Virus record (IMG/VR): IMGVR_UViG_3300027788_000006
Span: 1-64,000 of that record
Origin: a virus
Length of the DNA: 64,000 nucleotides
Reading direction: 5' to 3' (one strand)
Part shown: piece after piece, positions 56,806 through 64,000 of the stretch
Layout: the number at the start of each line of letters is the position of its first letter
Numbering within the stretch: position 1 is the first letter of the stretch
Program-made: the position numbers and the translations under genes
The notes under the pieces: model-generated
What the model was told of the DNA's origin: nothing
The model's input: only the letters and a program-made list of their open reading frames with translations
Databases searched by the model: none

Positions 56806-57957
56806 TTAAATGGAAAGATCTAGATCATCAAAATTAACGTTCTTAACATTACGTCTTTTTCTTTTATTAGATTTTAAATCCTCCTCATTGTTTGAAAGTT
56901 TATCCCTTAAAGATTGAGCGCTTCGAGTTTTAGCTCGTTTCCCTACAATCTCATCCAGATTAAACCCTTTGTACATAAGATAATCTACAGCCAATTTAAC
57001 TTCTACTTCTGCTTCTAAATGATCTATGTCCCTTTGGGTTTTACCCCCCTTATCTACAGGTTGAGAAATATAGTTATAGAAACCCCTTTTCTCTCTCTCT
57101 GTAATTTTTATACCTGCAAATTCTCTTGAGTCTTTAATTGTATCTGCAATCTCAGACCAGAATTCTGTGTTATGTTGTTCTTGTTCTGCCAGCTCTTGTT
57201 TTTGTTTCTGTTGAATCTGTGTTCTATGTTCATTTTGGTATTTAGCCATAGCATCTTTAGCTTGACCTGCTTTACCATAAAGTTTCCCACTGTCCTCATA
57301 ATCTTCTAAAAGCTCATTTATAAAATCTTGATCATGACCTTTCATATGTAAATAATTACCCAAAACATTTCTTTGAGTATTAGTATCTCCTTCTTTTATC
57401 TCTAATAACTCATAATCTCCTTCTGCATGATTAGCCTCTAAGAATGTATTAGACTTACCTCCATTCATAACATACTCTAGATGCTCTTTAACTACAGGAT
57501 ACGCTTCTAATAAATTATCAATTCGTTCGTCAGCTAATTTAGAAGCTACCTCTTGTGTCATTTTTGTTAGACCTTCTGCAGTATCTTCAAACTCATTAGA
57601 AGGATCATACCCAAGATTTGAAAGAACTTCATTTACAACTGAAGGGTCGTATACTTCTTCATCATCATCTTCATCCTCTTCGTCATCATCTTCATACTCT
57701 TCATCATCTTCATCATCGTCATCGTCCTCTTCATCTTCATCATACTCTTCTTCATCGTCATCATAATCTTCATCATAATCTTCATCTGGTTCTAAGTCTA
57801 CTTCTAGTTCATCATTTATACTATCATCATCTTCTACTTCATCCTCTATAGGATCTGCTATAGCTAAATCCTCCATTCCTTCTGAGGGGGCTACATCCTG
57901 CAGAACGTCATCAAACGAGATGTCGTCAAGCTGGATTTTGTTATTTGGTTCACTCAT
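56806..57957 (-). CDS. Acidic scaffold-like protein upstream of the MCP
   Basis: 383 aa with a long Asp/Glu tract followed by a helical region; canonical position. Confidence 0.7.
   Translation of the reverse strand: MSEPNNKIQLDDISFDDVLQDVAPSEGMEDLAIADPIEDEVEDDDSINDELEVDLEPDEDYDEDYDDDEEEYDEDEEDDDDDEDDEEYEDDDEEDEDDDEEVYDPSVVNEVLSNLGYDPSNEFEDTAEGLTKMTQEVASKLADERIDNLLEAYPVVKEHLEYVMNGGKSNTFLEANHAEGDYELLEIKEGDTNTQRNVLGNYLHMKGHDQDFINELLEDYEDSGKLYGKAGQAKDAMAKYQNEHRTQIQQKQKQELAEQEQHNTEFWSEIADTIKDSREFAGIKITEREKRGFYNYISQPVDKGGKTQRDIDHLEAEVEVKLAVDYLMYKGFNLDEIVGKRAKTRSAQSLRDKLSNNEEDLKSNKRKRRNVKNVNFDDLDLSI
57652..57850 (-). repeat. Low-complexity GAT/GAA(G) tract encoding poly-Asp/Glu
   Basis: DEDYDEDYDDDEEEYDEDEEDDDDDEDDEEYEDDDEEDEDDDEE. 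Confidence 0.85.
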
Positions 57958-57986
57958 CTTATATATATATTTATTGGTTTAGGTTA

Positions 57987-57994
57987 CAAAAATA
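57987..57994 (-). promoter_or_regulatory. Bacteroidota-type -7 promoter box (TAnnTTTG) upstream of the scaffold/MCP genes
   Basis: Minus strand TATTTTTG followed by TAA, 30 nt upstream of ATG 57957. Confidence 0.5.
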
Positions 57995-58003
57995 CAAATT
58001 ATA

Positions 58004-60232
58004 TTAGTATTTTTTATACTTCTTAGTTTTTTTACTAGATGCTTTATTATATAGCATTTGTGATTTATTAAACCCACCATGTTTCATTTTTAGTGGTATA
58101 TTATCTTTTAATCCCTTTTTATATTGCTCTTCAAAATCACCCTTCCCTTGTAAAACTCTCTCTACATAGCCTCTACTTTCCTCATTAAAATGAGATAACC
58201 AATTTAAATCATCAGAATATATATCTACTCCTGCTTTCTTTAATTCAGTTAATTTATTAAATGTATTTTTAGGCCCCCAATTATAAGCTATTAAAGCCTT
58301 TGCTCTCTTAACTGTCTCAGATCCATTAACCCACTCTCTATCTATTAAATTATTCATGTAATTAATCTGAATTTTCTCAGCTATATCATAAGTTTTAAGA
58401 TCTTTCATAGTAGTACTTTTAGGAACCCATCCTTTCATTTTAGCATAATCTAAAGTATCAGGCATTATTTGTGCAACACCTGTAGCCCCTTTAGGACTAA
58501 CAGCATCGTGTTTAAAACTAGATTCTTGGAAACGTTGTCTTCTTAATAATTCCTCGTAAGACATTTGTTCCTTTTGTTTAGGAACTTCATAATTTTTATA
58601 TCCACCTTTTTGATAAGAAGAATTAAATCCACCTGTTTTCTTTTTTTTATAAAGTCTAGTTTTTTTATTTCCTTTTTGAGTTTCTGAAGTACCACGTGAG
58701 AGGTGTTCTCCATATTGTTCTAAGTACTCTTCTTGACTACCTTCAAATATTCTTCTTCCAGCTTGATCCTTTAACCTAACTAACGCTAAACCGTCATCTC
58801 CTTTTGGATATGTATGTGTTCCTTGTCCAACTCTTTCAAGTGTAAAATGCTTTCCCTTCCCTAGTTTTAGGGGAATTGCTTTCATAAGTTTCTCTTCCTC
58901 CTTTCTTGGTATAGATTGTGTTGATATAGGTTTAATTTTTAAAAGTTTTTGTTTTTTCGCCCACCAAGTTCCATCTCCTCTAAAAATACTTCCTGGTGCC
59001 TCTGCTCTTGGATCCTTACCAGATACTTTTATATGTGTCTTTTCTATCTCTGTGTTATCGAACATTGGTTTCTTCTTCTTCTTCTTTTTTCTAATTTTAC
59101 CTTCAAACCACTCTTCACCTGGCTTTACATCTTCAATAGTTGATGGTACAGCTACCTGTAATGTAGGGTCTGTGTCGTATATCCTAAAGTTAGATGACGA
59201 TCCTCTGCTAGCATTCTTATAAATATAATAGGTGTAATCACCATGCGTATCATCAGAACCTCTTTTACTAGACACAAGTGTCATTCCTCTATCTAGAGCA
59301 CTTTTCTCTTTAGTCTCTGTTGTATCTCCATTGGACCCAGAAGTTTCTTGAAATCCTCCTGTTTGTCTTATAGGAAGACCAAAACCTAAAGTAGCTTCTA
59401 TTCCAGTATTCTTGTTATAACCTACTTTACCAGATAATTTTCCTAGATGACCATATACACCAGCGGTAGTTCCAGTTCCATTCACTAAATCTTGCTTACC
59501 ATAAATTCCTGCCCCATACTTCCAAGGGTCTCTCCAGTTATAACTATTACCTCCCAGTTCTCCTTCTACTCCTACAGATCCTGTAGCATCAAATGTCTTA
59601 TTGAACATCATACTTTGTTCATCTCCTTTAAATCTAGTACCTGCACTTAATCCGGCATGACCAGTCATAGGAGAATATGGAAAATGTGAACTATATCCTA
59701 GTCCACCCTTAACAGATCCAGATAAATTAGTTTTACTCATACTACCAATAGTCATACCTGCAGATCCATAAAGATTACTAGCTGAGTCTCTATTACCACA
59801 TGCAGTTTTAACTGATCCACCATTCCACTCTGCATTAGAACACATACTTATTTCAAACGGACTAGAATTGTCTATATACTCTCCTCCCTTTTTATAAGTA
59901 CCATCTGTACCCAGAGAGGTAGCTCCCCTAGAGGTTCCTGACGCTTGTCCAAATCCTATCTCCATAGAAGAAGCAGAATTCACTAGATGGGGTTTTTTTG
60001 AGCCTGTTGAGGGATGAGGTACTTTAGGCCCCGCAGGCGCCGATCCTCCAGTAGAGGCTACTTCTGGTTGTTGTGTAGGTTGTTCTTTAGCAGGCTGAGA
60101 CTCTTCTTGTATAGCGGCTTCTTCAGCCATTAACTCTTCAGCTTCGTGTATAGCTTCAAATGCAGGTTTATCTACAGATCCATTTAAGGACCCTTTAATT
60201 ATATCTAATTTTTCTTTTGATGATAAAGGCAT
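58004..60232 (-). CDS. Modular virion protein with C-terminal lytic transglycosylase (SLT) domain
   Basis: QESSF...AVSPKGATGVAQIMPDT...ALIAYNWGP...EESRGYV; central Gly-rich beta-strand module; five xxxGG motifs. Confidence 0.8.
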   Translation of the reverse strand: MPLSSKEKLDIIKGSLNGSVDKPAFEAIHEAEELMAEEAAIQEESQPAKEQPTQQPEVASTGGSAPAGPKVPHPSTGSKKPHLVNSASSMEIGFGQASGTSRGATSLGTDGTYKKGGEYIDNSSPFEISMCSNAEWNGGSVKTACGNRDSASNLYGSAGMTIGSMSKTNLSGSVKGGLGYSSHFPYSPMTGHAGLSAGTRFKGDEQSMMFNKTFDATGSVGVEGELGGNSYNWRDPWKYGAGIYGKQDLVNGTGTTAGVYGHLGKLSGKVGYNKNTGIEATLGFGLPIRQTGGFQETSGSNGDTTETKEKSALDRGMTLVSSKRGSDDTHGDYTYYIYKNASRGSSSNFRIYDTDPTLQVAVPSTIEDVKPGEEWFEGKIRKKKKKKKPMFDNTEIEKTHIKVSGKDPRAEAPGSIFRGDGTWWAKKQKLLKIKPISTQSIPRKEEEKLMKAIPLKLGKGKHFTLERVGQGTHTYPKGDDGLALVRLKDQAGRRIFEGSQEEYLEQYGEHLSRGTSETQKGNKKTRLYKKKKTGGFNSSYQKGGYKNYEVPKQKEQMSYEELLRRQRFQESSFKHDAVSPKGATGVAQIMPDTLDYAKMKGWVPKSTTMKDLKTYDIAEKIQINYMNNLIDREWVNGSETVKRAKALIAYNWGPKNTFNKLTELKKAGVDIYSDDLNWLSHFNEESRGYVERVLQGKGDFEEQYKKGLKDNIPLKMKHGGFNKSQMLYNKASSKKTKKYKKY

Positions 60233-62520
60233 TAATCTTTCTTCTTATTAGACTCCGCTTTACTTATCCTAGTAGTTTTTATAGTAGCTTTTATTTTCTC
60301 TCTATCAATAGCTTCATCAGCTTTATTAGATCTTATCTCTTCGTTTGCTAATTTTTCTTTTATATCTATTTCCTCTTCTTTAAGTTCAAGCTCTTGCATG
60401 CCATGTTGTAAATTCAATTGTGCTCCTTCTTTCTGACCACTTACATGAATTTCTGCAATTTGAATTTTAGTTTGACGCTCTTTTTCATTATCTTCTTTCA
60501 ACTGCTCCATCTGAGCTTGTTGTTGTTCTAACTGAGCTTGTTGTTGAGCTTGCTCTGCTTCTTGCTGCGCTTGTTCTAATTCTCTTGTTTTTTTCTCAGC
60601 TTCTTTTATTTTAGCTTTAATTTGAGGGAAACTATCTGCATCCATCATTTCTGCTATAGCTGAAACTGGTACTCCATTTTGAACCATAGATTGAGACAAT
60701 TGTCTTATACCATCTATCTTATCTTTTTCTTTACCTGCATCAGTCATAAAGATACCATAATTAGACTCCATGTGCTCCATAGAATCTATATCTAAAAATT
60801 CTGTTACACCATCAGGCATCATAAATGCAGTCTTCTTACCTGTATGCCATGCTTGCTTAGAATAATCTAACAACGCTTGCATATCTCTTTGTTCCATTCC
60901 TCCAAATTTCTTAAATAAATCTTCAGTTATATGGGATGATTGTACAATAGCTTGTTGAGATGCAGCTTTACCTTCATAACTTCCTATTTGACCTTGTCTT
61001 TGTCTAGTAACTCCAGATAGTTTTTCCCATTCTTCTACTATAGAATTCAATAACATTATGTATTGTTCAATAGTTTTAATAGACATATCTAATACAGACT
61101 GATGTTGAGGTGATAGTTGAGTACCTTCTTTATTATAATCTACCCAAGCAATACCTGTACCTTCTACAAAATACATAAACTTATCCATATCCCATTTCTT
61201 AGGTATCATGTTAATATCAAACTGAGCTACAATATCTTTAGATCTAGCTATAGCCAGTTCTAATCGATACTTATAAATATTATAATTTATTTGGAATGGT
61301 ATACCTAAAGATACTAATGAAATATTTTCACTATTTATATCTGAGTATCTTCTACCATTAATTGGTAATTTACATATCGATGGATTATCTAAAGAATTTC
61401 TTTGGTTAATTATAGGTTGTATATTTACATATACTTTATTATCTATCCTAGTTCCTTCCCAAACTTGATTAACCCATAACCATTCTATAACACCTCCAGC
61501 TTCTTTCATCTCTTGAGGCATTCTAAAGCCATCTTCCACTTCTTCTTCTATAGGCTCTCCTGTATTAGGATCTGTAAAAGCTAAGAACCCTATTCTTTTT
61601 CTAGACTTCCAATATACTGTTACTACTTCTATTAATCTTGAATCTTGAGCATTTCGACCTCCTGCTGATGTCATTGAAGCTAAGAATCCAATATCACTAC
61701 CGCTATGGGTAGGTGACTCTAACTCTAGCATTTCTGAATCAGTTAGAACATCAAAGTAATGATCTATTAATGTACTTGCATGTACATACTTAGTAATAGA
61801 AGCCCAGTCTCCATCTTCTACATAATCTAAATCTGGATCTAAATCATAGTTTACATTAAGAGGATTAAGAACCTCATAAAACGGTTCATTATGTCTAACT
61901 CCTCTTTGAGTATAACATTCTCCAGAAACTAAATAATGAAACCAAGCTTTATCTAATTTTTGCTTTATTTCTTGCTGACTAGTTATATAAGTCATAGCAT
62001 GTTGCCCCATAACAGCTCTGTTATCTACATAAGTAGATTCAAATAAGTTTGCTACATGCTCCGGCATATCTACTTCTTCCGTCGATACTCCTGTATCAAT
62101 TCCTGCTTTGTTAGCAGCATTTACAAATTGTTGTTGTAGATTTCTATAAATGGTTTCTGTCTTAGCCATTTCTTTTCTACTTACAGTATCAGCATTTTGA
62201 ACTGCTACAGTATAGTTAAAAGGCCTCTTAGTTTTTTCTCCCATTAATAAATCTATAATAGGTTTAATAATTGGGTAATTTCTAAGCTCTGAAGGAAAGT
62301 TTTTACGACTCTTACCGTAAGGTTTTAATACTAAGTTATAATCACTAGTATCTACAACTCCGTTGTACATATCATATAACCTTTGAAGGTCATCTTTTCT
62401 AGAAGATAATGTATAACCATTTCCTGATAGATTAATATAAGCCTCAACACAAGCTTCTCGCCATTCTTTATTTTTTTTGTTTATAGACAGTTTCTGTCTT
62501 GGTATTCCCTCGTATCCCAT
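60232..62520 (-). CDS. Portal protein
   Basis: 762 aa following TerL; P.QKL...K...W, NYPII.P.I..L.GE..KR, YWKS.K.IG, G..RQRQG motifs; C-terminal Gln-rich coiled coil. Confidence 0.9.
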   Translation of the reverse strand: MGYEGIPRQKLSINKKNKEWREACVEAYINLSGNGYTLSSRKDDLQRLYDMYNGVVDTSDYNLVLKPYGKSRKNFPSELRNYPIIKPIIDLLMGEKTKRPFNYTVAVQNADTVSRKEMAKTETIYRNLQQQFVNAANKAGIDTGVSTEEVDMPEHVANLFESTYVDNRAVMGQHAMTYITSQQEIKQKLDKAWFHYLVSGECYTQRGVRHNEPFYEVLNPLNVNYDLDPDLDYVEDGDWASITKYVHASTLIDHYFDVLTDSEMLELESPTHSGSDIGFLASMTSAGGRNAQDSRLIEVVTVYWKSRKRIGFLAFTDPNTGEPIEEEVEDGFRMPQEMKEAGGVIEWLWVNQVWEGTRIDNKVYVNIQPIINQRNSLDNPSICKLPINGRRYSDINSENISLVSLGIPFQINYNIYKYRLELAIARSKDIVAQFDINMIPKKWDMDKFMYFVEGTGIAWVDYNKEGTQLSPQHQSVLDMSIKTIEQYIMLLNSIVEEWEKLSGVTRQRQGQIGSYEGKAASQQAIVQSSHITEDLFKKFGGMEQRDMQALLDYSKQAWHTGKKTAFMMPDGVTEFLDIDSMEHMESNYGIFMTDAGKEKDKIDGIRQLSQSMVQNGVPVSAIAEMMDADSFPQIKAKIKEAEKKTRELEQAQQEAEQAQQQAQLEQQQAQMEQLKEDNEKERQTKIQIAEIHVSGQKEGAQLNLQHGMQELELKEEEIDIKEKLANEEIRSNKADEAIDREKIKATIKTTRISKAESNKKKD

Positions 62521-62526
62521 AGCTTA

Positions 62527-62534
62527 CAAAATTA
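62527..62534 (-). promoter_or_regulatory. Bacteroidota-type -7 promoter box (TAnnTTTG) just upstream of the portal ATG
   Basis: Minus strand TAATTTTG-TAAGCT-ATG. Confidence 0.45.
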
Positions 62535-62596
62535 ACATTATTTATTTAATATTTTACCATCATGACACATTATACTTATTAGTTTATAATATATCA

Positions 62597-64000
62597 TTAA
62601 TTATACATCCTACTAAACCATTCATTCGATGATCCGTCTTCTAGTATATCTTTAATTTCAGCATTATACAACTCTTTCGTATGGAACATTCCAATCATTA
62701 ACGACATAACCCTGTCAAAGTTACCTTTATGATTAAATTTTATTAGTTCAGTTAATAGAGCTGGATCATATATCTTATGTAAATTTAAGGATGTAAATCC
62801 ATCTTCATCTTTTCCTCTAGGTGCTACAAGCCAATCCCTAATATATAATTCCCCTTGTCTTTTTCTAGCCTCCGTCATATGCATTCCATACTGACGTTTT
62901 ACAGTTTTAGATCTTAATTCTCTCTTATCCAACATCTCGAACTCTTCTTGAAGTTTATGTAGTTTTCTATGACGCTTAGCATAAGCAATAACCTCTCCCC
63001 TGTCATTCTCAAATCCTATTTTACACCCATAATAATCTGCTAACATAAATAGATTTCGATTATACTCATCAGTAGTCTTAGGTCTACCTACATAACTAGC
63101 TACTATAATATCATCAGGTTTAGATAAATTGTTTGTCATCTTAAGTACATACGCACTACCTAATGAAGTACTATCTGCAGATTGATTTTGTCCATAAGGA
63201 TCATGACACAATACATATAAATTTAGTGGTACTTGCCCAGCTTGATTTCTATAAGGAGCTTCGTATATCATAATTGTACCAGCTAAAGCATCATCTTTTC
63301 TATGAGGATATTTTAAGATAGGTCTATTATCTCCGTTAAGTCTAAATTTAACTTGTCCTTTAGAATCATATAATAGATCTCCTGCTGTACCAACACTATG
63401 CAAATTATTAGCTTTTATTTTATTATATTGTTCTTGTAAAGATCCTATGTCAAATAAATTAGCTGTTACTTGTAGAGTAGCCTCTTGAGGAGAGTAAGGA
63501 TGCTCAGCTACATATTGATCTAATGATTTATGATCTGCCGCTCCTTTCTTCTTTTCTCTAGCCCCTTCTTCATACTCTCTTGCTTCTACCATTAAAGAGT
63601 TTCCTTGTTCATCTATAAACCCGTCTAAGTTTCTCTGTATAGGAATAAAATACCCACACTTAGTTCCCATCGCTCCTTCATCCCATTCATTTTCATATTC
63701 CATACAATCATATGCTGCTGGATTATAAAATATCTCTTCCATAGCTTCAAAATCTGACCCTTCAGTACCACCTGTACCAAAAGCTACCATCATACCTAAA
63801 GTCTTAGATCCTTGACGCATTGTAGGCATAGTTACCTCCCAAGCTTTAAGGAGTCCAGGGAATGAACCAGCTTCTTCAAAGAATACTAACTCACCCGCCT
63901 TTCCCCTCACTTTATCTGGATTATCTTTTAACGATACTCCTATTATCTGGGACTTCATACCCATTTCTATATCTACACCATTTACTTTTTTCTTATACCC
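62597..64000 (-). CDS. terL: Terminase large subunit (5'-truncated by the window end)
   Basis: Walker B VFFEEAG, motif III FGTGG, nuclease HDPY...SLGS and GNFDRV; frame open to position 64000. Confidence 0.93.
   Translation of the reverse strand, partial: GYKKKVNGVDIEMGMKSQIIGVSLKDNPDKVRGKAGELVFFEEAGSFPGLLKAWEVTMPTMRQGSKTLGMMVAFGTGGTEGSDFEAMEEIFYNPAAYDCMEYENEWDEGAMGTKCGYFIPIQRNLDGFIDEQGNSLMVEAREYEEGAREKKKGAADHKSLDQYVAEHPYSPQEATLQVTANLFDIGSLQEQYNKIKANNLHSVGTAGDLLYDSKGQVKFRLNGDNRPILKYPHRKDDALAGTIMIYEAPYRNQAGQVPLNLYVLCHDPYGQNQSADSTSLGSAYVLKMTNNLSKPDDIIVASYVGRPKTTDEYNRNLFMLADYYGCKIGFENDRGEVIAYAKRHRKLHKLQEEFEMLDKRELRSKTVKRQYGMHMTEARKRQGELYIRDWLVAPRGKDEDGFTSLNLHKIYDPALLTELIKFNHKGNFDRVMSLMIGMFHTKELYNAEIKDILEDGSSNEWFSRMYN

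Noticed and set aside
55280-57980. Inverted AAACCAATA..TATATA motif flanking the scaffold and MCP genes (possible invertible segment)
   Set aside because: Only about 9 nt exact in very AT-rich DNA, no recombinase nearby, and gene orientation is canonical.
3295-59143. Many short plus-strand ORFs antisense to the large genes, plus small nested minus-strand ORFs
   Set aside because: Shadow ORFs from codon bias of the real minus-strand genes. Composition is unnatural; for example the His-rich ORF 57618-57851 mirrors the Asp/Glu tract.
1-64000. Stop-codon reassignment (TAG or TGA), known in some crAss-like phages
   Set aside because: Multi-kb genes are intact in the standard code. TAG terminates genes at 2605, 52279 and 53156, and TGA at 26446, with sensible boundaries.

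Overview
AT-rich, gene-dense fragment of a crAss-like (Crassvirales-type) podophage, most likely infecting an environmental Bacteroidota host. Host evidence: TAnnTTTG promoter boxes, A-rich starts without Shine-Dalgarno sequences, and SprB-like repeats. Positions 1-2571 (+ strand) are the end of the replication/nucleotide module: a 5'-3' exonuclease and a DUF1599/Nmad1-like protein. A bidirectional terminator separates this from about 61 kb of minus-strand virion genes in the crAss-like order: terminase, portal, scaffold-like protein, major capsid protein, ring/auxiliary proteins, a 3970-aa Cys-rich adhesin-like protein, a lysis cassette, IHF-like protein, tail tube, tail stabilisation/muzzle protein, then ejected cargo proteins including a 2272-aa single-chain virion RNA polymerase (DFDID motif). 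Most striking signal: by my manual scan the three giant cargo proteins (2044, 2272 and 1641 aa) hold only four cysteines in total, all at matching ends (...DDC-stop / MGC...KEC-stop / MAC...). This suggests a head-to-tail, redox-releasable disulfide chain for ordered ejection. Second, a recurrent xxxGG motif (often aromatic/hydrophobic at the first position) brackets modules in four other putative cargo proteins, suggesting a processing or packaging signal. Standard genetic code. No tRNA, CRISPR, integrase, intron or intein recognised. All family assignments come from motif recognition and synteny, not database searches.
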